Positions 1 through 10,217 of a stretch of 64,000 nucleotides of DNA are shown one piece after another. The notes under the pieces were generated by a model. That model searched no databases. It was given only the letters and a program-made list of their open reading frames with translations, and had not been told where the DNA came from. The translations under genes and the position numbers were made by a program. Source of the DNA: a candidate division WOR-3 bacterium (lineage in GTDB: Bacteria > Hydrothermota > Tepidihabitantia > Tepidihabitantales > DTDR01); assembly GCA_039801725.1 (NCBI GenBank), contig JBDRVE010000004.1, positions 6,992-70,991 of the forward strand, written 5' to 3'. Position 1 is the stretch's first letter. Every line of letters starts with the position of its first letter.

Positions 1-211
1 AGGTCAACAGATAACTCAACAGATGGATAAATTAAATAATGAAATAACCCAATTAAAAGAAAAAATAAATATCCTAACTGCTACGTTAGATTCATTAAAG
101 GCTGTTTATGAAGAGCATTATCAACAATTCCATACGAAAAAACCAGTAACACCAGCACCAAAACCACCAACACCACCAGCGCCAAAGGTAAAACCACCAA
201 CAAGAAAGTAA
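1..211 (+). CDS. Hypothetical protein. Probably the C-terminal fragment of a gene that starts before the window: a coiled-coil segment followed by a Pro/Lys-rich tail.
   Basis: The frame is open from position 2 with no upstream stop. Heptad-like N-terminal segment, then a PAPKPPTPPAPK low-complexity tail. No recognisable family. Confidence 0.3.
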   Translation, partial: GQQITQQMDKLNNEITQLKEKINILTATLDSLKAVYEEHYQQFHTKKPVTPAPKPPTPPAPKVKPPTRK

Positions 212-223
212 AAGGAGGTAAAA

Positions 224-1006
224 ATGAAGAAATATATTAAACTCCTTTTTTTAATTTCATTATTTATAATTTTCCTTGCTTGCGAACAAGTGGTTGAAAG
301 ACCGGAAAAACCAACAGTTTCTTATCAACCGATTGATAATGGTGCAAAACTTCGTTTAACTTGGACTCAAGTGGCCAATGTTGATGGTTACTATATTTAT
401 GTAGATGGCATAAGAGATACTTCTTTACCATCAACCGTTACTTCTTATGATGTAAGCGGTCCAGCAAAACTAATTGAAGTATCCGCCTACAAAAAGAATG
501 AAGAAAGTGAAAAATGGAGTTTAGATCTAACACCGGTAGTAAGCGAAGTAAGTGTTTATGGTGCTAGCGATCCTTCGCCCGATCATCCAAGCGGTTTGCA
601 ATTAACTGATAATGGTGCCATTCCCTTGGCAATTGGCAATCAAGCGAATTGGCCTAATTTAGATTATATTTTTGATGACCGGGGCGAATTTGCACCAATG
701 TCTATTGTTAATCCCGGTGATTATACTTCTCCTCATTATAATGATAAAGGAAATGCAATTTCTCAAATCGCTTCCGGAAATTTTGATGCTGAAAATATGG
801 CACCTGAACCGGGTGTTTATTCGACTCAAAGAAAAAATATTGAAATAAATGGTGTCTATTATCTTTGGCTAGATAGAAATAACAACGGATATTCAGTGGA
901 TGATAATTTTGGTAAAATTTTAATAAAAGCAATTAGTGGCACCCGCGTTGATATCAAAGTCGCCTATCAAAAAGTTCCCGGACTCCGTTGGGTAAAAACT
1001 CAATAA
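224..1006 (+). CDS. Lipoprotein, hypothetical (signal peptide plus lipobox LAC, possible Fn3-like domain).
   Basis: AAAGGAGG ribosome-binding site 8 nt upstream. N-terminus MKKYIKLLFLISLFIIFLAC is a typical lipoprotein signal. No catalytic motif recognised. Confidence 0.5.
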   Translation: MKKYIKLLFLISLFIIFLACEQVVERPEKPTVSYQPIDNGAKLRLTWTQVANVDGYYIYVDGIRDTSLPSTVTSYDVSGPAKLIEVSAYKKNEESEKWSLDLTPVVSEVSVYGASDPSPDHPSGLQLTDNGAIPLAIGNQANWPNLDYIFDDRGEFAPMSIVNPGDYTSPHYNDKGNAISQIASGNFDAENMAPEPGVYSTQRKNIEINGVYYLWLDRNNNGYSVDDNFGKILIKAISGTRVDIKVAYQKVPGLRWVKTQ

Positions 1007-1024
1007 CCAAAATCTTTATTAGGA

Positions 1025-1060
1025 GGCCCCGAGATTAAATCCTCGGGGCTTTTTTATTTT
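1025..1060 (+). terminator. Rho-independent terminator downstream of the lipoprotein gene.
   Basis: Stem GCCCCGAG (1026-1033) pairs with CTCGGGGC (1042-1049), with an 8-nt loop followed by a run of T residues. Confidence 0.65.
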
Positions 1061-1714
1061 ATGCTTCTTTTATTTTTATTTAATCTCTTTAATGAAACAA
1101 TTCACTACGACCTTTATTTAGGATTTATTAAGGTTGGTTCTTTAAAATTAGAATGTAAAAAGATAATTTATCAAGAAAAAGAAGCTTATCGTCTCGCTTG
1201 TTATCTCCATTCAAATAAAAACTTATCCCCTCTCGTGGAAATTGCCGATACCTTAATAAGTTATGCTGACACTCATCTCAAAACTTTATTTGCTTATAAA
1301 AGTATTAATGAAAAAAATTTTAAGGAGAGATGCAGTATTTATTTTGATTATAAAAATAATAAAATTATTTACAGTGATAACACTATTTTTCCATTAATTA
1401 ATGAAATAAAAGATATCTTGACTTTTTGGTTTTATATACGTAAAATTATTGCCGAAGATAAAATGGCTAAAAATTGTTTTCTTCATTATAATAAGCAAAA
1501 TTACGAAGTAATTTTAGAAAAGAAAAGAAGATTGTTTATCAATACCAATATTGGTTCTTTTTATACATATGAAATTTACCCCAAAACAAAACCAAAAGCA
1601 AAAATTTTAGGAAGTATCTATATTCAAGAGGGAAAAGATTATTTACCTTTAATTATTAAAACAAATTTTCTTGGTGGACTTTTAAAAGCAATAATCAGAG
1701 ATTATGAGAGATAA
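1061..1714 (+). CDS. Hypothetical protein, DUF3108-like.
   Basis: 217-aa ORF. Sequence pattern (YDLYLGFIKVGSL..., C-terminal GS...L) resembles DUF3108-family proteins. The assignment is from memory of that family only. Confidence 0.35.
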   Translation: MLLLFLFNLFNETIHYDLYLGFIKVGSLKLECKKIIYQEKEAYRLACYLHSNKNLSPLVEIADTLISYADTHLKTLFAYKSINEKNFKERCSIYFDYKNNKIIYSDNTIFPLINEIKDILTFWFYIRKIIAEDKMAKNCFLHYNKQNYEVILEKKRRLFINTNIGSFYTYEIYPKTKPKAKILGSIYIQEGKDYLPLIIKTNFLGGLLKAIIRDYER

Positions 1715-2789
1715 TTTAAAAAGATATGCAATAATTATTGCTGGTGGTCGAGGAGAAAGATTTTGGCCCTTAAGCCGATTTAAAAGACCAAAACAATTCT
1801 TAAAACTTTTTTATAACGAATCTTTGTTAAAACTAACCAAAAAAAGAATTACTGGATTTATTTCTTTAAAATATCAGAAATATGTGGTCCCTAAAGATTT
1901 AGCAAAAAATACCAAAGATTTATTAAAATTAAAAGAAAATAATTTAGTAATTGAGCCCCAATCCAAAAATACTGCCATTGCTATCGCCTTGGCTTCTTTC
2001 CATATCAAAAAAGAGAGTAACGATGCCTTAACTATTGTGTTGCCTGCTGACCATTTAATTAAAAATCAAGAAGAATTTTATAAATGCGTTGATTTCGCTT
2101 TCCAAATTGCAAAGGAAAATTACCTGGTGACTTTCGGAATTCCGCCCACTTATCCAGCAACTGGTTACGGTTATATTGAGATTGATAATTTAATAGAGGA
2201 AAAAGATAATTTAAAAAGTTACCAAGTAAAACGATTTGTTGAAAAACCAAATTATGAAAAGGCAAAAGAATTTTTGGAAAGCCAAAGATTCCTTTGGAAT
2301 AGCGGAATGTTTGTTTGGAAAATAGATTATTTTTTAAAACAGGTAGAAAAATTTATGCCTTCCCTTTATGAAGATTTAAAATTATTGGAAAAATATTTGG
2401 GAACAAAAAAAGAAAGAAGGTTGTTAGAAAAAATTTATGAAAAGGCAGAAAATATTTCTGTTGATTATGCGATTATGGAAAAGGCTGAAAGAATTGCCGT
2501 AGTAAAGAGCACTTTTGATTGGGACGATGTAGGTTCAATTTTAGCCTTAGAAAGATATTTTGAGAAAGACGAAAAGAATAATATCAAAATCGGTAATATC
2601 CTTTCTTGGGAGACAGAAAATTCTATTTTTTATACAAAAGATTTACCGGTTTTTTCTTTAGGTATAAAAGATTTGATTTTGATAAAAGAAAAGGATCTAA
2701 TATTTGTTTGTGATAAAAAAGAATTTGATAAAATAAAAAATTTTTTAAAAATATTAAAAGAAAAAAAAGAATATCAAAAATATTTATGA
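1704..2789 (+). CDS. manC: Mannose-1-phosphate guanylyltransferase-like sugar nucleotidyltransferase.
   Basis: N-terminal AIIIAGGRGERFWPLSR nucleotidyltransferase signature (G-G-x-G-x-R-L/F-x-P-L). Length 361 aa. Start overlaps the upstream ORF stop. Confidence 0.6.
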   Translation: MRDNLKRYAIIIAGGRGERFWPLSRFKRPKQFLKLFYNESLLKLTKKRITGFISLKYQKYVVPKDLAKNTKDLLKLKENNLVIEPQSKNTAIAIALASFHIKKESNDALTIVLPADHLIKNQEEFYKCVDFAFQIAKENYLVTFGIPPTYPATGYGYIEIDNLIEEKDNLKSYQVKRFVEKPNYEKAKEFLESQRFLWNSGMFVWKIDYFLKQVEKFMPSLYEDLKLLEKYLGTKKERRLLEKIYEKAENISVDYAIMEKAERIAVVKSTFDWDDVGSILALERYFEKDEKNNIKIGNILSWETENSIFYTKDLPVFSLGIKDLILIKEKDLIFVCDKKEFDKIKNFLKILKEKKEYQKYL

Positions 2790-3373
2790 AGATTTTTTTA
2801 GCCACTAATAACAAGGGAAAGATAAGGGAAATAAAAGAAATCCTCTCTGATTTAAACGTCCAAATCTTAACTCCTCAGGATTTAAAAATTAAATTTATTT
2901 GTAAAGAAGATGGTGACAGTTTTTATGAAAATGCTTATAAAAAGGCAATTACTGGGTTATTACAAACGGGTTATATCTCAATTGGTGAAGACTCAGGTTT
3001 AATGATTGATTATTTAAATGGTGCCCCAGGTCTAAAATCGGCACGATTTACCAAAAAACGAAATTCCAAAGAAAATATCAAGAAAGTACTGAGTTTATTA
3101 AAAGGTGTGAAAAAAGAAAAAAGAAAGGCAAAATTTAAATGTGTAATGGCTTTGGCTTTATCCTTAAAAAAAGTAAAATTCTTTGAAGGTGAATGCGAAG
3201 GTTATATTAGCGATAAAGAAATGGGAAATAAAGGCTTTGGCTATGATCCAATCTTCATTCCAAAAGGTTATAATAAAACTTTTGCCCTTCTTGGAGAAGA
3301 AAAAAATAAAATAAGTCATCGGGCAAAAGCTCTTTTTCAATTAAAAAACTTTCTAAAAACTCTAATAAAATAA
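2786..3373 (+). CDS. rdgB: Non-canonical purine NTP pyrophosphatase (dITP/XTP pyrophosphatase, Ham1/RdgB family).
   Basis: Motifs ATNNKGKIREI, GYDPIF and SHRAKA. Length 195 aa. Confidence 0.85.
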   Translation: MKIFLATNNKGKIREIKEILSDLNVQILTPQDLKIKFICKEDGDSFYENAYKKAITGLLQTGYISIGEDSGLMIDYLNGAPGLKSARFTKKRNSKENIKKVLSLLKGVKKEKRKAKFKCVMALALSLKKVKFFEGECEGYISDKEMGNKGFGYDPIFIPKGYNKTFALLGEEKNKISHRAKALFQLKNFLKTLIK

Positions 3374-3374
3374 T

Positions 3375-4661
3375 TTAGGGATAAATTCTATCAATCATTC
3401 GAGGAAATGGTATCGCTTCTCTCACATGTTTAATTTTGCATATCCAAGCGACTGTTCTTTCAATTCCCAAACCAAATCCCGAATGAACAAAACTACCGTA
3501 TCTCCTTAAGTCTAAATACCATTCAAAAGGCTCTCTTGGTAGATTATATTCTATTAATCTTTTTTCCAATTCTTTTAAATCATCCTCTCTTTGACCGCCA
3601 CCGACAATTTCCCCATATCCTTCGGGTGCTAAAATATCAACAGAAAGCGAAATTTCTGGATTTTCTTTCAATCTTTTCATATAAAAGGCTTTGCATTTGG
3701 CCGGATAATGATAAATTATCAAAGGTTTATCATAAAGATTTGAGAGAAAAGTCTCCTCGTCGCCACCAAAATCATCTCCCCAATTTATTTTAAAACCACC
3801 TTCTTGTAATTTTTTTATCGCTTCATCATAAGTGATTCGAGGAAAAGGTTTTTTGATATTCAACAACGAATTTATATCTCTTTCTAAAATCTCCAATTCT
3901 TTTTTTCTTCTTTCTAATACTCTCTCCACAATATACACTATCATTTCTTCTGCTAAATCAACAATATCGAAAAGTTCCATAAAACTTGCTTCAGGCTCAA
4001 CCATCCAGAATTCAGTCAAATGCCTTCGTGTTTTTGATTTCTCTGCCCGGAAGGCAGGACCAAAGCAATAAACTTTTCCTAAGGCAGCTGCCGCTGCCTC
4101 ATTATAAAGTTGACCACTCTGAGAAAGATAAGCCTTTCTATCAAAATAATTAACCTCAAAGAGAGTGGTAGTACCTTCACAAGAAGTAGGGGTCAAAATT
4201 GGAGCATCAACTAAAATAAATCCTCGATTATCTAAAAAATCACGACAGGCTTTAATTATCTCTGCCCTGATTCTCAGGATAGCAAACTGTTTTCGCGAAC
4301 GAATCCAAAGGTGTCGGTGTTGCAAAAGAAAATCAATGCCGTGTTCTTTTTTAGTGATTGGATAATTTTCTGAAGAACTCAAAAGTTTTAATTCCTTGCC
4401 AATAATCTCAAAACCTCCTGGTGCTCGAGAATCTTTACGCACAATACCTTTAAGTTCTACTAAAGATTCCTGTGTAACTTTATCAGCCAGCTCGAAAGAT
4501 TCTTCATCTACTTCATTAGCAGAAAAAACTACTTGAATTATACCTGTACCATCTCGAACTAACACAAATCTCACTTTGCCCGAAGATCTTTTGTTATAAA
4601 CCCAACCTTTTAAAATAACTTCTTTCCCCTCATAATCACTGATATTTTCTATCCAAATCAT
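3375..4661 (-). CDS. asnS: Asparaginyl-tRNA synthetase.
   Basis: 428 aa. N-terminal OB fold, class II motifs and [21 protein letters not shown] (AsnRS-type, not the FRDE of AspRS). Convergent with rdgB with a 1-nt gap. Confidence 0.85.
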   Translation of the reverse strand: MIWIENISDYEGKEVILKGWVYNKRSSGKVRFVLVRDGTGIIQVVFSANEVDEESFELADKVTQESLVELKGIVRKDSRAPGGFEIIGKELKLLSSSENYPITKKEHGIDFLLQHRHLWIRSRKQFAILRIRAEIIKACRDFLDNRGFILVDAPILTPTSCEGTTTLFEVNYFDRKAYLSQSGQLYNEAAAAALGKVYCFGPAFRAEKSKTRRHLTEFWMVEPEASFMELFDIVDLAEEMIVYIVERVLERRKKELEILERDINSLLNIKKPFPRITYDEAIKKLQEGGFKINWGDDFGGDEETFLSNLYDKPLIIYHYPAKCKAFYMKRLKENPEISLSVDILAPEGYGEIVGGGQREDDLKELEKRLIEYNLPREPFEWYLDLRRYGSFVHSGFGLGIERTVAWICKIKHVREAIPFPRMIDRIYP

Positions 4662-5173
4662 AATTTATATTTTATCTCTCGTAAAAATTTCTTTCTTTTC
4701 TCAATATCTTCTTCTTTTTCTATGCCTTTAGGAGCAAAACCATCAATCACACCTAAAATCCCACGACCTTCACCATCGTCAGCAATAATTACTTTTAAAG
4801 GATTAGCCGTTGCTGCATAAATAGAACATACTTCACACACTTGCTTTATACCATTTAGGATATTAATTGGATAAGCATCTCTCAGAAAAATAATAAATGA
4901 ATGACCAGCACCAATATTTAAGGCATTCTCAATTGCTAAACTTTTTAAATCTTCATCGTTTCCTTCACTTCGTACTAAACATGGACCGGAAGATTCACAA
5001 AAAGCAAGACCAAATTTGGCATGGGGGTTTGTCGCCACAATTACTTCGTATAAATCTTCCACCGTTTTAATAAAATGACTTTGTCCCAAAATTACATTTA
5101 CATCGGCTGGTTTTTTAATTTCAACTATTTTTATTTCCATACTTTCCCTCCTTAACTCTTTACTTGTTGACAA
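4658..5173 (-). CDS. Conserved hypothetical protein, possibly of the adenosine-specific-kinase (PF04008-like) family.
   Basis: 171-aa ORF whose stop overlaps the asnS start (ATGA). Globular, with conserved-looking GxGHSF and [10 protein letters not shown] segments. Family assignment is tentative and from memory. Confidence 0.35.
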   Translation of the reverse strand: MSTSKELRRESMEIKIVEIKKPADVNVILGQSHFIKTVEDLYEVIVATNPHAKFGLAFCESSGPCLVRSEGNDEDLKSLAIENALNIGAGHSFIIFLRDAYPINILNGIKQVCEVCSIYAATANPLKVIIADDGEGRGILGVIDGFAPKGIEKEEDIEKRKKFLREIKYKL

Positions 5174-5195
5174 ATCTTCAAATTTTTGGTATATT
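5167..5195 (+). promoter_or_regulatory. Sigma70-type promoter for the grpE-dnaK operon.
   Basis: TTGACA (5167-5172), 17-nt spacer, TATATT (5190-5195), about 28 nt upstream of the grpE ATG. No CIRCE/HrcA inverted repeat seen. Confidence 0.45.
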
Positions 5196-5222
5196 ATAAT
5201 AAATTAGATAGTAAAAGTCAAG

Positions 5223-5690
5223 ATGGAAAAGAAAAAGGTAGGGCCGGTTAGTTTACTAAAAGATAGTTATCTTCGTCTTTTAGCTGAATTTGATAACTTT
5301 CGAAAAAGAAAAGAGCGAGAAGTACTTATGGCTAAAGAACTTAGTTTAAAGGAGTTCTTTATCGATATTATCCCCGTTTTAGAGAATTTCAATCGGGCTT
5401 TATTTCACTCTCAATTAAATAATAGTTTTCAAAGTTTGAAAAGGGGATTAGAAATAATTTATAATCAGTTAAAAGGAGTATTAGAAAAATACGGATTAAA
5501 AGAATATTCTTTATTAGAAAAGGATTTTGATCCCAAATATGCTGAAGCCGTGGGATATGTAGAAACCGACAAAATACCGCCTAATAAAATAATAGAAGAG
5601 GTTAGCAAGGGATATTTATACAAAGATTATGTGTTAAAACCAGCTCAAGTGATTGTTAGTAAAGAAAAACAAAATCCTTCAGAAGAATAA
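5223..5690 (+). CDS. grpE: Nucleotide exchange factor GrpE.
   Basis: [17 protein letters not shown] GrpE signature. Immediately upstream of dnaK. Confidence 0.85.
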   Translation: MEKKKVGPVSLLKDSYLRLLAEFDNFRKRKEREVLMAKELSLKEFFIDIIPVLENFNRALFHSQLNNSFQSLKRGLEIIYNQLKGVLEKYGLKEYSLLEKDFDPKYAEAVGYVETDKIPPNKIIEEVSKGYLYKDYVLKPAQVIVSKEKQNPSEE

Positions 5691-5728
5691 ATGAGTCTAA
5701 TAAATATGAAAAAAATAAAGGAGGTAAA

Positions 5729-7591
5729 ATGGGAAAAAGAGTAATCGGGATAGATTTGGGAACTACTTTTTCTGTCGTGGCAGTAATGGAAAAAGGTCAA
5801 CCAATAGTTATTCCTAATCCCGAGGGAGAAAGAACAACTCCATCAGTAGTGGCTTTTGGTAAAGAAAGATTGGTCGGAACTCTTGCTAAAAGACAGGCAA
5901 TAATAAATCCGGACAAAACAATTTATTCTATTAAGCGGTTTATGGGACGAAAATATTCCGAAGTGACTGAAGAAATAAAATTAGTTCCTTATAAGGTAGT
6001 ACCTGCTGATAATGGAGATGCCTGGGTAGAAGTAGAAGGAAAAAGGTATTCCCCTCCGCAGATTTCAGCAATGATCTTAGAATATTTAAAAAATGCTGCT
6101 GAACAATATTTGGGTGAAAAAATTGATAAGGCAGTAATTACCGTACCAGCCTATTTTAACGATGCCCAAAGGCAAGCTACTAAGGATGCTGGAAAAATTG
6201 CTGGGTTAGAAGTATTAAGAATTATTAACGAACCAACTGCGGCTGCTCTAGCCTATGGATTAGATAAAAAGAAAAACGAAAAAATTGCGGTTTATGATTT
6301 AGGTGGAGGTACTTTCGATATTTCTATTTTAGAAATAGGCGAAGGAGTATTTGAAGTAATCGCTACCAATGGTAACACTCATTTGGGTGGCGACGACTTT
6401 GATGCCCGAATTGTTGAATGGATTTTAGAAGAAGCAAAAAGAGAATTCAAAGTGGATCTTTCCAAAGATCGGACTGCTTTACAAAGGATTAGAGAAGCAG
6501 CAGAAAAAGCTAAAAGAGAACTTTCTACCAAATATGAAACTCTAATAAGCTTACCTTTTATCTATTCCGATCCTGAAAAAGGACCAATTCATCTAGAATT
6601 AAAGTTAACACGAGCTCGTTTAGAGGCAATGGTGGAAGATTTGATTCAAAAAACGTTAGAACCTGTAAGAAATTGTCTAGCCGATGCGAAATTGAGACCG
6701 GAAGATATTGATGAAGTTATCTTAGTGGGAGGGCAAACAAGAATGCCAAGAGTTCAAGAAGTCGTAAGAGATTTCTTTGGTAAAGAACCCCATAAAGGAA
6801 TCAATCCTGACGAGGTAGTTGCTATTGGTGCCGCTATTCAAGGAGCGGTGCTTGCTGGTGAAATCAAAGACATTGTTCTTTTAGACGTAACTCCTTTATC
6901 TTTGGGCATCGAAACGTTAGGGGGTGTTTTTACTAAAATTATCGAAAGAAACACAACTATTCCTGTAAGAAAAAGCCAAATATTTACTACCGCCGAAGAT
7001 AACCAAACAGCAGTTACTATTCATGTGTTACAAGGAGAAAGACCAATGGCTGCGGATAATAAAAGTTTAGGAAAGTTTGAACTTCATGGTATCCCTCCGG
7101 CTCCTCGTGGAGTACCCCAAATTGAGGTTATCTTCGATATCGATGCTGACGGAATCTTACACGTGACTGCTCGAGATTTAGCCACTAAAAAAGAACAAAG
7201 TATGAGAATTATCCCTTCTTCCGGTCTTACCAAAGAAGAGATCGAAAGAATGATCAAGGAAGCAGAAATGTATCGCGAAGAAGATCGTAAGAAAAAGGAA
7301 TTGGTAGAAACTAGAAATAAGGCTGATACGCTAGCTTATACAATCGAAAAAAATCTAAAAGAGTTTGGTGATAAAATCTCAGAAAGTGATAGGAGGGAAA
7401 TTGAGGAAAAATTAAATCGATTAAAGGAGGTGATGAAAGGAGATAACAAAGAAGAAATTGAACGAGCAATTGATGAATTGCAGAGGGCAAGTCATCGTTT
7501 AGCAGAAGCCATGTATCAGCGAACACAAAGTCAAAAAGAAGAAAAAGATAAAAAAGATTATGAAGTTTATGATGAAGATAGTAAATCTTAA
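5729..7591 (+). CDS. dnaK: Molecular chaperone DnaK (Hsp70).
   Basis: [18 protein letters not shown] and VGGQTRMP Hsp70 signatures. 620 aa. GGAGG ribosome-binding site. Confidence 0.97.
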   Translation: MGKRVIGIDLGTTFSVVAVMEKGQPIVIPNPEGERTTPSVVAFGKERLVGTLAKRQAIINPDKTIYSIKRFMGRKYSEVTEEIKLVPYKVVPADNGDAWVEVEGKRYSPPQISAMILEYLKNAAEQYLGEKIDKAVITVPAYFNDAQRQATKDAGKIAGLEVLRIINEPTAAALAYGLDKKKNEKIAVYDLGGGTFDISILEIGEGVFEVIATNGNTHLGGDDFDARIVEWILEEAKREFKVDLSKDRTALQRIREAAEKAKRELSTKYETLISLPFIYSDPEKGPIHLELKLTRARLEAMVEDLIQKTLEPVRNCLADAKLRPEDIDEVILVGGQTRMPRVQEVVRDFFGKEPHKGINPDEVVAIGAAIQGAVLAGEIKDIVLLDVTPLSLGIETLGGVFTKIIERNTTIPVRKSQIFTTAEDNQTAVTIHVLQGERPMAADNKSLGKFELHGIPPAPRGVPQIEVIFDIDADGILHVTARDLATKKEQSMRIIPSSGLTKEEIERMIKEAEMYREEDRKKKELVETRNKADTLAYTIEKNLKEFGDKISESDRREIEEKLNRLKEVMKGDNKEEIERAIDELQRASHRLAEAMYQRTQSQKEEKDKKDYEVYDEDSKS

Positions 7592-7603
7592 AAAGGAGAA
7601 ACT

Positions 7604-8053
7604 ATGGTAAGTAATTTAGATGGAAAACTTGAAAAAATACTTAAATCTTTAACAAAAAGAGAAGAAGAAGTTATTAGATTACGTTACGGTTTAGGCGGCG
7701 AAATCCCTCATACTTTACAAGCAATCGGTAACAAACTTAATATCACCCGTGAACGGGTAAGACAAATTGAAGAGCGAATTCTAAGGAGATTTGGAAGCAA
7801 AGAGTTGATCGCTGCTCTTAAAGAACTAAAAAAACCATTGATGCGCGGACGTATTAAGTACTTCACTATTCAAAATAAACTAAAAAAATACGGCGATATT
7901 TTAGCAGCAAAAGAAAGAAAACAGATCGAAACCAAGCTGGAAAAATTGAAAAAAGCGCTGATTAAAAAAGATAAGAAACTAATTAATACCGCAATAAAAG
8001 AATTAGAAGAAGCCGCCAAACCATTATTAAAGGCTAAAAGGGTAAAGGTTTAG
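7604..8053 (+). CDS. Small protein made of a sigma-70 region-4 (HTH) domain plus a Lys-rich tail. Paralogous to the RpoD C-terminus.
   Basis: [54 protein letters not shown] aligns nearly residue-for-residue with RpoD region 4.2 at 13896..15485 ([57 protein letters not shown]). GGAGA ribosome-binding site. Located between dnaK and dnaJ. Confidence 0.6.
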   Translation: MVSNLDGKLEKILKSLTKREEEVIRLRYGLGGEIPHTLQAIGNKLNITRERVRQIEERILRRFGSKELIAALKELKKPLMRGRIKYFTIQNKLKKYGDILAAKERKQIETKLEKLKKALIKKDKKLINTAIKELEEAAKPLLKAKRVKV

Positions 8054-8121
8054 TTTAGTAGATTAAAGAAATTTTTGTTATTTAATTAAATTTTAAAGAT
8101 AACTAGATTTTCTTTATTCTT

Positions 8122-9270
8122 ATGGAAAAAACTAAAAAGGATTACTATGAAATTTTAGGTGTCTCCCGTAATGCTACAAAAGAAGAAATTAAACAGGCTT
8201 ACCGACGCCTGGCTAAAAAATATCATCCTGATATGAACCCTCATAATCGGAAGGAAGCAGAGGAAAAATTTAAAGAGATTTCCGAGGCCTATGAAGTTTT
8301 GATGGATGACGAAAAAAGAAAATTGTATGATCTGTACGGTCACGAAGGATTGTCTCAAAAATTTGGTCCGAGTGGCTTTACTTGGGAACATTTTACTCAC
8401 GCTGATGAATGGCGGGATATTTTCGGCAGCAGTTTTGATCCCTTTGATTTTCTTCGAAGATTTTTTGAAGAGGAAACGATTTTTGATTTTTGGGAACCGA
8501 AAACCAAAGAAAGAAAAAGAAAACCGGTCGGCGGAAATATAAGGGTAAAGATGAAATTAACATTAGAAGACATTGCCGAGGGTAGAGAAAAAACTTTTGA
8601 ATTAGAGCGGTATGAAAAGTGTCCTGATTGTGAAGGAATCGGAGGTAAAGGTAAAACTACATGTTCTGTTTGTAAAGGTAAAGGAGAAATTCAACAAATT
8701 CAAAGAACCGCTTTTAGTCAAATAATCAAAATTACTACTTGCCCTCATTGCGGTGGTAATGGCAAGGTAGTAAAAGAATTGTGCAAAACTTGCGGAGGAA
8801 GCGGACGAATTAAAAAGAAAAAAATATTTAAGATCAAGATTCCTCAAGAAATTACGGATAAAAACCATTTAATTCTCAAAGGCGAAGGACATTATGGCGA
8901 AGGAGGCAAAGGAGATATAATTATTGAGTTTGAAGAACTTCCCCATCCTCTTTTTTTAAGACAAGGAACGGATTTAATGGTCGAAGTCCCTATTCATTAT
9001 ACCACCGCTTTAATAGGTGGTGAGATTGAAGTACCTACTTTAGAGGGTAATAAAAAAATTAAGATTAGTCCTGGTGTCCGAGACGGACAAATAATTAGAA
9101 TTAAGGGATTAGGATTAAAAGGTCAAAATATTAGCGGTGATTTATTAGTGAAAATCAAAATTTTCTTCCCTACCCGACTCTCGGAAGAAGAAAAGAGATT
9201 ACTGGAAGAACTAAAAAAAATATCCTTAGAATCGCCTCCTAAACCTTATCGACCACAAGAGACTAAATGA
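8122..9270 (+). CDS. dnaJ: Chaperone DnaJ.
   Basis: J-domain DYYEILGV...KKYHPDMNP and four CxxCxGxG zinc-finger repeats. 382 aa. Confidence 0.9.
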   Translation: MEKTKKDYYEILGVSRNATKEEIKQAYRRLAKKYHPDMNPHNRKEAEEKFKEISEAYEVLMDDEKRKLYDLYGHEGLSQKFGPSGFTWEHFTHADEWRDIFGSSFDPFDFLRRFFEEETIFDFWEPKTKERKRKPVGGNIRVKMKLTLEDIAEGREKTFELERYEKCPDCEGIGGKGKTTCSVCKGKGEIQQIQRTAFSQIIKITTCPHCGGNGKVVKELCKTCGGSGRIKKKKIFKIKIPQEITDKNHLILKGEGHYGEGGKGDIIIEFEELPHPLFLRQGTDLMVEVPIHYTTALIGGEIEVPTLEGNKKIKISPGVRDGQIIRIKGLGLKGQNISGDLLVKIKIFFPTRLSEEEKRLLEELKKISLESPPKPYRPQETK

Positions 9271-10010
9271 AAAAAGATTTTTTATCTTGTGAAATTTATT
9301 TTTATCCTAATTCATTAGAAATTGGTGAAGAGATAATAATAAAAGACGAAGAAGCAAAACATATTTTAAAAGTAATGAGACATAAGGTTGGAGATAAAAT
9401 AAAACTAACCGATGGTTATGGTTACGAGTATGAATTTTTAATAACTTACACCCAAAAAGAAAAGTTAAAAGGGAAAATTTTAAATAAAAGATACTTGCCA
9501 CGGGAACCCAATATTGCTATCACTTTAGCATGTTCGCCATTAAAAGGCGAAAATACCGAAATAATGCTAGCAAAAACAACTGAACTGGGGATCAGCGGTT
9601 TTCTTCCTGTATATTTTCAAAATACAATAGCTTCACTAACCGAAAACAAATTAAAACGATTAAAAAAAATTGCTATTTCTTCTTTAAAAACTTCTGCCGG
9701 CACTCTTTTGCCTAAAATTTATCAACCATTAAGTTTTAGTCAATTAACAGAAAATTTTTCATCTTTTGATCTGGTTCTTTTAGCTTACGAAAATAGTGAA
9801 ACTAGATTAGCCGATATTATTGAAAATAGAGATGCTATTAAAAATATTTTGTTAATAATCGGTCCAGAAGGTGGTTTCGCTTCTGAAGAAATAAAAAAGG
9901 CTAAAGAAAAAGGAGCAAAATTTTTTACTCTAGGAAAAAGAAGACTAAAAAGCGAAACCGCAGGAATTGTGGCAGTGAGTTTAATTTTATATGAATTTAA
10001 TAATATTTAA
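9267..10010 (+). CDS. rsmE: 16S rRNA (uracil1498-N3)-methyltransferase RsmE.
   Basis: [12 protein letters not shown] motif. 247 aa. Start overlaps the dnaJ stop. Confidence 0.8.
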   Translation: MKKDFLSCEIYFYPNSLEIGEEIIIKDEEAKHILKVMRHKVGDKIKLTDGYGYEYEFLITYTQKEKLKGKILNKRYLPREPNIAITLACSPLKGENTEIMLAKTTELGISGFLPVYFQNTIASLTENKLKRLKKIAISSLKTSAGTLLPKIYQPLSFSQLTENFSSFDLVLLAYENSETRLADIIENRDAIKNILLIIGPEGGFASEEIKKAKEKGAKFFTLGKRRLKSETAGIVAVSLILYEFNNI

Positions 10011-10024
10011 AAGGGGGTGAAAAA

Positions 10025-10216
10025 ATGACCAAGATTGAAGTAAGAGACGGCGAACCTTTTGAAAGCTTTATTCGTCGTTTCCGTCGGGCAGTAGAAAAAG
10101 CTGGGATTTTACAAGACATCAAAAGAAAAGAATATTATGAAAAGCCCAGCGAACGAAGAAAGAAACGCCTGGCGGAAGCAATTAGAAGATGGCGCAAAAA
10201 GATGCAACAAATGTAA
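10025..10216 (+). CDS. rpsU: 30S ribosomal protein S21.
   Basis: MTKIEVRDGEPFESFIRRFRRAVEKAGILQDIKRKEYYEKPSERRK matches the S21 consensus. GGGGG ribosome-binding site. Confidence 0.85.
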   Translation: MTKIEVRDGEPFESFIRRFRRAVEKAGILQDIKRKEYYEKPSERRKKRLAEAIRRWRKKMQQM

Positions 10217-10217
10217 A

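Noticed and set aside
8122-9270. Possibility that the DnaJ gene is a CbpA-like or other truncated J-protein rather than true DnaJ.
   Set aside because: The four CxxCxGxG zinc-finger repeats and the C-terminal substrate-binding domains are present. Only the Gly/Phe linker is short.
10137-10217. ORF-track start of the 705-aa mutS2 ORF inside rpsU.
   Set aside because: It lies in a different frame within the well-conserved S21 gene. MutS2 homology begins only after the rpsU stop, so the start was moved to GTG at 10218.
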